Shown here piece by piece: positions 1 to 10,194 of a DNA stretch of 32,365 nt (positions within the stretch are counted from its first letter, which is position 1; each line of letters opens with the position of its first letter). The DNA comes from Thraustochytrium aureum (lineage: Eukaryota): contig BLSG01000103.1 of assembly GCA_012862495.1 (NCBI GenBank), positions 1 to 32,365 on the forward strand, given 5' to 3'. A program made the translations under genes and the position numbers. The notes beneath the pieces were generated by a model. That model was not told where the DNA came from. It made no database searches and worked only from the letters and a program-made list of their open reading frames with translations.

Positions 1-509
1 AGCGTGCGAACTGGATCGCTGGCGGAACCAGACTCCGGTCGGACTCAAAGTGACAAGATTCGGAGATTGAGGAGTCCGGAATTATGCGCGTGTCGATACG
101 ACGTGTCACGAGCTCAACCCACAAGAGGACGCACATTGTTTGTACACCAAAGGGCCGGGGAGGAGGTTCTACCATCCTCCTTGGTTCTCAGAGCAGAGAG
201 ACCAAATGAGTTCTCGTTCACTGCTACTACCTCTAGAGTAGCCTGAGCACTTCGTGCCCGTCCGAGCCTCTGTTCTGGTGTCGCCAGACGCAAGGAGGAT
301 CCTCCTTGCCCGGGCCAGAAGCGCACCAGTAAAAGCAAGGAGGGTCCTCCTTGGTAAAAGCAAGGTTGGTAAAAGTGCCTACCTATCGCGAGCGCGCCGG
401 CCATGCCAGTCGCTTGTGGTACATGCAGCCCAGCGCCATTCATGCTCGCACCGCTGCGCGCGCCAGCCACTTGGTCGCCGAAGCCTGCTCTGCCAACAAC
501 GATGCTGGG

Positions 510-3500
510 CTATTCTACCTGCCGCGGAACCGACTCTGCGAATACGTCCAGTGCTGCTTTGAGAGCAGCATCGACTGTGCAAAGGGCCGACGTAAAGCGA
601 CTCGCGAGCGACTCCCTTGCAGCAGACTTTGTTGCCGGTTCGCAAAGATGTGCAGAGAATGAGGCAAGTGTGGCGTCAACGCGCCTCTCAAATCGCTCCT
701 CGTACTTGCTTCTGATCCAGTGGCACGGCCAACGCGCGCAAAACAGATAGTCCAGCTGCGCACTGCGCTCTAGAGCGCGAAAGCGGTCCGAGGCGCTTGG
801 TATGTCGAGACCTTGGACCGATCGAAAGATGCGAACGGCAACGTGCCACTCAAACTGGTCGTCAGGCGTTGTGGCGTGGCTTCCGGTCGACGAGGTTGCG
901 CGACGGAGCCAAAAGTTGACTTCTCTGAGCTGAGCCCTGTGAAGCTCGCTGTGTCGCTCAATCAGTTGCAGCAAGACGTTTAGCTTGTAATGGAGTTGAA
1001 CCACGCGCACGGTCGTTGTCAAGGAATCAGAACTCGGAGTGCCGATTGCAATCGACGAGCGCCGTCGCCCTTGATGCCAGGCCTGTAGGACTGTAAAGTC
1101 GTTGACGCCGCTATGCGAGGCGTCAATCAAGTCCCAGAGATTCAATCGCCCGACAAAGTCGTAAAACTCTGACGGACTAGCGAATTCAAACTTGTCCATG
1201 AAGAACTGGGGCGGCAAGCAAAAGGCGTCAGCGAGGCGGCAGATCGCCTCAAGAAACCCTGTAAACGTCATCCCGAGCTGCCGTTCCCAGTCCTGCGTGA
1301 TGTCGACGACCTCGAAGAGGCTCGCTTTGAAGATCACGCACACCTCGCGCATCCCTAGGTACGGGCAATACAGTCCAAGGTACTCCACCAACCCAAGCCA
1401 CTCGACGACGGCCAGGCGCTGCCCTTTGGATCCACCCCAGCTTCGCGTGTCCCGCGCAACACCAGCATACATCATGAACAGCTCCTCCAGGGTGCCCATG
1501 TGCTCCTCCAACATCTCGTTGACCTTTACCTTGTAGAGTCGCGTCTTGCGGTAGACATCGGGGTCCACGACCGCCTCGCGCGACACGAGCGGGTCCAAGT
1601 GTATGGCAAACAGCTGCTTGAGCGAGCTTAGCATACTGCGCTGATGGTTAGTCGGTTCATCGCGAAAGTAGCGTGCATCAGCCGCTCGAACACAAAACTC
1701 GAGCAAGCCGAAGCGGTGAAGTCCAGTGCTGCGGCCAAAATGCAAGGCCTTGCACTTGCGCACCGCTTGTCGCTGAACGCGAGTTAACTGCTTTGCTTGG
1801 ACGCCCCGAGACAGGAGGTAGAGCACCATCTGTCGAAGGTTGTCCCGTGATGTGGCGCTGTTTGCGACACGGCCGATGAGCCCTGCATCCTTGCACAGTG
1901 TTAGGACAGATTCAAGTGTCATGTGCTCGGCGTCTTCAAGTCGGCGCTCTGGCGAGTCTTGGTCCACAATCGTTTGACTTGCGTAAAAACGGTAGAGCAA
2001 GCAGATCGCGCGGTAGCGCCCTCGCAGGAAATCGGCTATTTGCCCTAGCACAACGGGGACATTCGCGTTCTTGTTTCCGCTGTCGGTACTGTCGCGCACG
2101 GCAATGCTGAAAATGAACGAGTGGAAGCTCTTGCGCTGCATGCATATCGCCCAGTCCGCGTCAAAGGCGCGCTCGGCGACTGGCGCCGTCATCCCAAACA
2201 GCGACTGCGAGTCCGACTCAAGCTTTCGGCCTGCAAAGACGGTGCTTGCCTCGACCATTTGGAAGAGCTGGAAAGAGGACCGCGATTTGTTCAGCGTGAG
2301 AAGGGTCTGGATTTTGGCGATGCTCACGGACCGGACCTTGCGAACCGTCTTGGGCTTGGCTACCATCAGCGGGAGAGCTAGCTCACGGCGCATCTCTTCG
2401 TCAAAGTTAGGCAAAGTCGGATGGGGAACGGGCATCGCCTGCGGAAGGAGATCCAAGTCGACGAGCTGTGACATGTCTAGCGAGTAATTTACCGCCTGAT
2501 TTTGATCACTGCACGGCAGACTGCACAAGTTGAGGTCCGCAAGCTGAACGGGCTTGTTTGGTGCTCCGTACTGGTGTTCTTGGTTCTCTGCGCCTTGCTC
2601 GGACGCCACTGCCGGGCTCCCACCCGCTCGGTAGATAAAAACAGCTCGAGCCTTTCCCATGGATCGAGAATCGCACCGCCCGTCGCCTTCGTCGTCGTCG
2701 TTGTCGTCGTCGACTTCATTGTCACCACCACCACCACTACCCCCGCCGCCGCCGCCGCCGCCGCCGCTGCCGCCGCCGCCGCCTTTGACGTCGCCAAACG
2801 AACACTCTGCATGATTGCGCTGGGTCCGGCTTCCGTCCCCAGGTCCAGTTAAAGCGAAAGGCTCCATGCCGAGGCTTCTGTACACCTTGGCGCCTTGGAC
2901 ATGTGGAAATACNNNNNNNNNNNNNNNNNNNNNNNNNNNNNNNNNNNNNNNNNNNNNNNNNNNNNNNNNNNNNNNNNNNNNNNNNNNNNNNNNNNNNNNN
3001 NNNNNNNNNNNNNNNNNNNNNNNNNNNNNNNNNNNNNNNNNNNNNNNNNNNNNNNNNNNNNNAGCTTCCCACGGCTGACCGCTGAGCTTGGTTCAAGTTC
3101 GCGCCAGTCTGGCTGCCGTCGTTTCGAACGATGTACGTTGCATGCGGAAAAGTGTCGGCAAGCTCAACGACCGTGCCAGCGCTGGTGGACGACACTTGGC
3201 GCACTGCTGGCGACCAGCGCTTGACAGCGATAGCCTCTGACCTGGGCTGCCAAGGGTGAGTCGCCCACAATTCGTGGCGTGGCTCGCGCAGCGCCTTCCA
3301 AAACGTCCTATCCTTTTCAAGGCCGTTCTCTGGCTTTGCGCACAAGTTTTGCACAAGAGCTTGCACCACAGCGGTCTGCGCCACTTGTGCCCTTCCTGGC
3401 GACTCCCTTGCACCTCGAAGCGTGGCGTCCTCCGGGTTTCGGCCGAATTCGTGCAGCAAGTCAAGGTTGGCAGCTTGACCATTCGCACTGCCATTCGCCA

Positions 3501-6500
3501 GCGCAGGGGCGTCCAAGCCCTCGTCGTGAACCTCCTCGAACCACTTGAGAAAGGCAGCGCGCTTGTCGTTCTCAGCAAAGTGCCCAGGCTCCACTGAGGT
3601 GTCAACGACAGTCGTCCCGTGTGAGCTGGAGGTGACCGACGCAGGAAGCAAGAACTGAAGCGGGTCGCTCGTTTTCGCCTGCGACGCCTTGCTTGAATGC
3701 GTGCTATCCCAGAGACTGAGTGCCCTGCGCGCGCTAAGCTCAAAGTCATATGCCTGGGTTCGGTTTGCTGGGTGCGAGATGACCCTCTTTAGCATTTCGC
3801 CGAGCACAGCTTGGTCATGCTGGTTTGGAATTGTCCACGCCATTTTCAAGAACCGCGCCAAGCCAAATCGAGCAAGCAGCACCTGGGTTTTCCGGTCAGA
3901 CGCAAGGCACGAGAGAGCAACGAGAGCACTCGAAAGCTCTGCGCATAAACAGCAGTGCAAGCACTTTTCGAACAGTCCGGCCCGCTTACGCACCCCAGGT
4001 CGGCATTCGCACTTGCGAGTGCCAAAAGCAGCAACCTTCTCGCTCGCTTGGCATGCTTGCAGCGCAATGTGGTCCACAACGCGTTGCCTGCGAAGCATGT
4101 CGTGCCCTTTGCTGGAAAACTGAACGTGAGCAAATAGATTTGAACCGTGCACCACGAGCGCGGCCCGTGCACGCTCATCGATGCCGTCGACGACGCTCAC
4201 TTGCGTTGTAACGAGTTGCTTGACGAGAGCGACTGTAGCTCGCTCAGCAGCCGATTCAGGGAGTGGAAGAAGGGCAACGAGCGTCGCTGCAGCGCAACGC
4301 ACTCTGACGTTCTCGTTGACGCTGGTTGCACAAAACCACGCAATCTGAAGGACCGCGGGCTCAGAGAGGGCCGCCGCGGCAGGAGGGCTCGCACCTCGGC
4401 CGGACACCGACGCGCAAACACGCAGTATTTGGATTGCAAGCAGGGCAACCTGCCCATCCTTGTGAGCGTGGGAGCTCAGCACTTTTGCCATGAGGGCAAT
4501 GCCGTCGTGGGCGACAAATTGGTCAAAGCTACCTTTGTCGTACACCAAAAGCCAGACGAGCTCGAGGGCGCGCAAACGCTTGGCTCGGTTGCCTTGGGTT
4601 GGTTTGACAGACTCAAGGTACTGGACGATGTGACGAGCGAGTTCGAGGGCGCAGAGTCGAGACCGGTTGTCCTCGTTTCTTGCTAGGTGCCACGCAGCGC
4701 CGTATGCTTGGGCTCTGAGGCGCTCCGCGTGCGTCAGGTCGACCACGACTGCCAGCGTCCGCGAGGACTGCGGCCCCTTTGCAAATGCGCAAGCGCAAAG
4801 CACCGCACAGAGCTTTGCTTGAACTTTGTGCGCCCCCCGTGAAACGTCCGAGCTTGCGCGAATTCGGTTCAGGAACAGACTTGCAGCGTGCACGGCCCGA
4901 GGCTCCACGCCAAACTTGAGTTTCAGCTGCACAGAACACGCTGCAAAAGCGCGAGCAGGCAGACCAGTAATCGCATGGTTTGCAAGCTGTTCGCTCCAGC
5001 TGGCTGTAGACATGCGCTCAGACTGATGTGCTGTGTTGAGGAATGCCGCCAGCCGGTTGTTTCTAATCACTGTCCTGGCCGCGTCGCGCAGCCTTGGTTT
5101 CGTTTGGGACGGCAGGTTTTGGTGGGCGGCACAGCTCGCGCTTCCCGGCGCAAGTTCTCCCGCATCTGAGCATGACTCTGCCGCGCCGCAGCTGCAATGC
5201 AAGCCTGCAGAGAATGCTTGCGTTGGTGGCACGGGGCTTTGGGGTGCCTCTTGGGGCTCGTCCAAGCTCGAGCGGCGCTCCGCCGCGAGGCCCTCTGACG
5301 GCTTTACCGCAAGACCATGGTGCACGGCGTCCTTGTAGAGGTGCTGCGCGGCTGCCTCGAGGCCGACCTGGTCAATCATGACGCGCTTGGCAAACAAAGC
5401 ACAAGCAGCGAAAAACTCGACATGTGTCCGGCGCAGGTGAGGTAAAGCGTGGAGGTTATCGCGACAAAAGTGGAAGGCGCTTTGGCACTTTTGAGCAGCG
5501 GCGAGCGCCGCGGCTAATAGTCGAAACGCGGCCGCGACAGCGACTGGGCCGTGTACCGCAAAGTCGAGTTGATTCCTGCGGCGATCGACGTCAGCGCCCT
5601 GGTCTTGCTGTTGGCCTTGATGCTGCTGCCTCAGGCGAATTGAAAAGGAGAGTGTTAGCGCGTGATCCGCATCGCGCGGATCATGCTTGAAACGCAGCGC
5701 TAGGCCCTCCACGAGAGCCTGGAATCGAAAGTCTGCAAAGAGAGCTCGCACTCCTGAAGGCGTGTCCAACACTCTAATCAGCATGACCAGGGCGGTGGCT
5801 TGCAGGTGGTCGACGGCCTGCAAGAGCGCAGGCCGGCGCTCGACGTTGCAGCCGAGCAGTTCCGGTGAGCACACCGCAAGGCAGCGTTTGAGAGCGGCCA
5901 GCAAAACATCCTCTCCAAGCTCAACCTCTCGCGCAAACCCCGCGTCGTCATCGCTCAGAAAGGGCCGGGACAGCAGGCAGTCGTTCTGGTCGAATTGCGT
6001 GCACAAGTGGTGCATCACAGCAGCAGAATCTTTGCGTCGCGCCGCGATGCACGCCGAAATAACAGCGACGGCTCGAAGGAGCGTCTCCACCAGTACTTTT
6101 GCCGCGCTCATTTGCGTTGTAAAGTAGTGCCGCTCGTCCGAAAACGCATTCCAAGCTACTCTTGAGCTCGAAGACTCTAGCGAGTCGACGCTGTCCGGTC
6201 TTTGGAGAGCCGCCAAAATCCAATCGACGAGGCGCACCACCGACGGAAGTAAGCCGTACTTGACGAGCTTGCGACAAAACCCGCGCCTCTGCGTCATAGT
6301 TGTCAGAACTGTGGTCACGCAGAGCAGGTGGGTCGCGGATACGAACGAATTGCCGAGGCCTAAGCTTGAGACAAGCTGCGAGAGGCTGCTCTCCTTGTAA
6401 ACAAATGCCTGGCGCCCACCAAAGTCGCTCACCAAAAGGTGGCAGAGCAGCCGGCTGGCAGCATCCAGGTACATCTCGTTCTGATGCTCCTGACTCCGTC

Positions 6501-7440
6501 GAATGACCCAAAACAGCATCTCGACGTGTCTTGTGAATTCTGCGGGTTCAAACGGGACAGGGGCATGCTCTTGGCACACCAGGCTGGACAGGCAGCCGAG
6601 TAGAAACGAGAGCCTTGGCTGCGGCCGCTTGAACGAGCTCCGGCTAATATAGTCGCGTACCAAGGCGAACAGATTGGCCACCAGCGCGGTCTCGCCAGCA
6701 AGTGTCTTGCACGAGTCCGGATGTTGAGCAGACGCCCATAAGACACCTAGGATGGCGGTCTGCAAGCTCTCTCCATGCCCCTGAAACTTGTCGGGTTTGG
6801 TCTCGTCAACCAAGGGATGGAGGAGAGGCTGAACCACCATTGGCCTGACGAGGGAAACTTTGGCTTGGGTCGAGAGCAGCATGCGCCAAACCTGGCCAAA
6901 TAGCGTAATTAAACGCGACTCCTCCTCGTCGATCTTCCCTTCTTCCTCAGCGATAGGGCGCACGAGTGGTAGGATCTTTTGCAGAGCCTGACCAGCAGAG
7001 CGTAGCTCTGATGAGAACATTGTTGCTTTGTGAGCCTCTGTTGCCGCCGTCCAGCTCGCAATCATGCTCCGCAAATCTTCGTTCGAACTAACCGCCTTCC
7101 AGTTTGGCTTGCGCATCCCTTGCGGTGAGCAGTCCTCCAGCCCGAAGATCGCAAGCCCATCGCGCAGGGTAGGGTCCGCCATGCTTTCTACCAGTGCTCT
7201 GTCTCTGATTGTCTCGAGAGTGTCGTGCTCGGAGATGACGAGCCGAGCTTTTCGCTCGCTTTCGCCGGTCAGCTCGGCGATGTCAATCTCGCACTCGGTC
7301 TCCACCCACTCCAAGAACGCGAGCATCAGGTCACGCCGCGCTGAGTCGGTGCCATCACTCGCATCTCTTCTCGCGGCTTCCCCGTTTTGCCCGCCGCTGC
7401 CTTGGCCGTCCGAGTGGCAGGTGTTCACCTCAGCGGCCAT
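510..7440 (-). CDS. Giant (~2,300 aa) hypothetical protein: N-terminal and central ARM/HEAT-like helical repeats, poly-Gly/Asp linker, C-terminal duplicated EF-hand-like helical module. Probably one gene, with the frame offset across the N-gap 2913-3062
   Basis: The ORF from 7440 is open to the gap. On the far side, the frame of ORF 510..2885 stays open up to the gap edge (2912: VFPHVQGAKVYRSLGMEPF), whereas the first ORF's frame becomes an Arg-run shadow there. ARM-like segments include 'AYGAAWHLARNEDNRSRL' and 'ALELVWLLVYDKGSFDQFVAHDGIALMAKVL'. Confidence 0.7.
2680..2783 (-). repeat. Coding trinucleotide repeats (GGC)n/(GAC)n encoding a poly-Gly tract followed by an Asp-rich tract
   Basis: The + strand shows gccgccgcc, caccaccac and gtcgtcgtc runs; the - strand translates to GGGGGSGGGGGGGGGSGGGGDNEVDDDNDDDEGD. 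Confidence 0.9.
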
Positions 7441-8176
7441 CTACTGCATGTACGTATCTATCGCTTCCGCGCTCGCTGGGGCAGCTTCCCCGCTCCAGCG
7501 CCTCCCGCAGGCGCTGCTTTCCCGCTTGTGGCTGTGGTTGCCGCCGCAGCGCAGCGCAGCGCTGCTCCCTCGACTCCTTCTTCGTCGTGCAGCGAGCCGT
7601 TGCTGTTGCTCGAGGGCACGGACGGCCGGGGAGCGCCTCGAGCGACTGGAGCTGGTGTTTGCAAGGGCGACTTGTGCTGGCGATACCGCGGCGTCTGGTG
7701 GTGGTGCGTGCGGGCTGCTGCACGCAGTGCGGACTCTGCGGAGCCTGAACTGCTCGTGCAGCCAGCCCACAACCGACACTTTCTTCTGTTCTCATCATGA
7801 ATCAATCAACAAACTGGTTGTGCTCCTCTCTCGAGAGGGAGCTGTTCTGTTTGTACTTCAGGAGAGGAACGCATCCACGACGAACGGTTTCTTTCTTTCT
7901 TGATTATTGAATTTCAATTGAAGACGGTGTTCATCACAGGTTGCTCGTTTTGTTCATGAATGTTCTTTTGCTCAATCAAATCAGGCAGATCAGACCAGAA
8001 CAGAAAGCAACAGGACGATTGTTGTTGCCTCTGCGCGGGTGCGTGGGTAGAATCGATCCCGGCTCTGCTGCCTTCAGTCTCCGGAGCTGCTGCTTGTGCT
8101 GCTGGTTGGTTGACTGGCACCGGAAGGAGGCTCGAGGAATAGGGGGACGAGGCAAGGGCTGGGCGGCCGCCGCGAG

Positions 8177-9287
8177 ATGGTGCAAACGCCCATCATGCGC
8201 TGTGCTCCGTACCTCAAGTTCATCGGAGAGCACCAGCTGCACCAGGTAAGTGCTCCGTGGGATGGCGCTCCCCAGCAAGGTTTGCTTTCTTCCGCCCCGA
8301 TTCTCGGGCTCGCCCAGGCCCGTTCTCCCACAGTAGGCAACCAGCGCCGCTCGTTGCACTTGCAGGAACTGACAGGTCGGAGCCGACCTCGGCTGCCTCG
8401 CGGGTTTCCAGGCAACGCTCCCAGATGGCGCATCATGGAAGTACTATGACTGCGGCCCCAAGGTGGACAGCTCAGGGGCCCCAATTCCGCCACTGATTTG
8501 TATCCACGGCTCAAGCGGGACATGCCACACCTTCTTCATGCAGCTGCTGGAACTGAGCGCCAAGGGGTACCGCGTTTTGAGCGTTGGCTACCCTGTCGTG
8601 TACACACACGAAGAATGGGCAAAGTCCTTCGACCGCCTACTCGACGCTTTGCACGTCCGACAAGTGCATCTGTACGGAACCAGTTTGGGCGGGTTCCTCG
8701 CACAAGTGTACACGATGATGTTTCCGACCAAAGTGTTGAGCCTCGCGCTGACCAATTCGCTGTGCGATACGACCGCGTTCAACGCAAGCGCGGCGCTCTT
8801 CGAGGGTGCATATGCTTGGATGCCAGATTTTTTCTTGCGCAACCTTATACTTGAGAGCTTTCCAAAAGGGGAGGCTTTTCCTCCTGGCGTAGGGGACGCT
8901 ATCGACTTTCAAGTTACCCAGCTCGAGACGCTGACACAAGCTGAGCTCGCGTCCCGCATCACCCTGAATGTATCGGTCGGCTCGTCGCCGTACATATCAC
9001 GGCCCAACTGCCTTCGTTTGGACGACGAACGAATCACCATGATCGATTCAATGGACAAAGTTTCGCTCGCCCAAGGTCTGAGGGACCAGCTTTACAGGAT
9101 CCACCCAGAGGCGAAGCGCGCGTTTGTGCGGACTGGAGGTGATTTCCCTTATCTTGCTCGGTTTGAAGAGGTCAATCTCCATCTCATCGTCCACCTCCGC
9201 CGAAACGGTCTGCGCGAGCCTGGCGCGGCCCCGGCTGCGTCCAGCTCGCCGCCAGCGATCCCTGCTCGCCCGGCCGTTCGGTCGTGA
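8177..9287 (+). CDS. SPG21: Maspardin (SPG21/ACP33) alpha/beta-hydrolase-fold protein; join(8177..8245,8412..9287), about 314 aa
   Basis: Motifs match maspardin: WKYYDCGP, SGTCHTFFMQ, VHLYGTSLGGFLAQ, DAIDFQVTQLETLTQAELASRITLN, GGDFPYL, EVNLHLIVHL. Exon 1 (MVQTPIMRCAPYLKFIGEHQLHQ) resembles the maspardin N-terminus and splices in frame. Confidence 0.93.
8246..8411 (+). other. Spliceosomal GT-AG intron, 166 nt, phase 0
   Basis: Donor CAG|GTAAGT at 8246, branch-point-like ACTGAC at 8368-8373 and acceptor TTTCCAG at 8411. Removing it restores a continuous maspardin reading frame. Confidence 0.85.
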
Positions 9288-9969
9288 GCTGTCGCCGTAC
9301 GATATCACACTGATTCCTCTGCTGCAGACTCTAGTAGGTAGGGCAAAACACGCGCAGTCTCGTTTCCTTCGCAGCGACTGCAACAGTAGAAAGCAATGAG
9401 GGGCCTCGCTTGGGGACCTACCGGTACGCACGAGACGAGACTGATGATGGCCAAAATCAAAAAGTCAATCAAAAATTTGCTGGAAAGAAACGCAGGAATT
9501 GCGACGAGCAAAGACGCGACCTTCAGTCGAAGAGCGGCGTGAACAACAATAAGCGACCAGCCATGCGTAGCACTGACAAAGGCATCTCGCTGCAACGCCG
9601 AAGATGCTCGCTGGAGACTACCCAAAGCAGCCGCATGTGAGCTCCAAATCATCGGCAAGTAGTCTCTCTCTCTAGCTAGTAGAGAGAGTGGGGAGTACCC
9701 AGAGTAAGTACTGATCTGATGATCAGATGACGCGGATGACTGCCTTTCGTTGCTATTTGGCAGACATTTTCTTGGTTGAAAAATTGCTGACCCGCCAGCT
9801 CTCCAGCTACTCAAGTAGAGAGCACTCTCGCTAGAGCTAGCTGGTGAAGACCCAACCACAGTGGCTCTAGAGCTAGAATCACGAAGGCCAAGAAGGCCTT
9901 GCCCGGGAGAGCTCGCCTGCATGTTTGCTGCTCTCGTCAGCATTGCAAGCAAGACGCCGCCAAAAACAC

Positions 9970-10011
9970 TAAACAACACGGGTTAGGGTGTAAACATCAC
10001 GGGTTAGGGTG
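9970..10011 (+). repeat. Tandem 21-bp direct repeat (2 copies, 1 mismatch) containing GGGTTAGGGT
   Basis: taaacaacacgggttagggtg (9970-9990) followed by taaacatcacgggttagggtg (9991-10011). Confidence 0.85.
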
Positions 10012-10194
10012 TTGGCGGTTGCAACTCGAGTCGAGTGACGGACGGCGAGCAGTGCCGGCCGCTTCGTTCGGGCAGGAGCGGCAGGGCTGAAGAGGACAAA
10101 GGCAGAAGGAGCCTTTCCGGCGAAGAAGGAGGGAGCCTTGGCTTGGACCGCCCTGGTTGACGATCTGGTTGACTCACAAACAAAGGACGTACGA

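Noticed and set aside
2737..2912. Arg-rich C-terminus of the 1567-aa ORF after the gap
   Set aside because: Wrong-frame translation of the (GGC)n poly-Gly tract caused by arbitrary gap length.
9716..9790. Possible C/D-box snoRNA (TGATGA at 9717, CTGA at 9787)
   Set aside because: No terminal stem and no rRNA-complementary guide that I could recognise; would need snoscan or Infernal.
9305..9979. 224-aa minus-strand ORF
   Set aside because: Non-ATG start, Ser-rich low-complexity translation through the palindromic island, and no recognisable domain.
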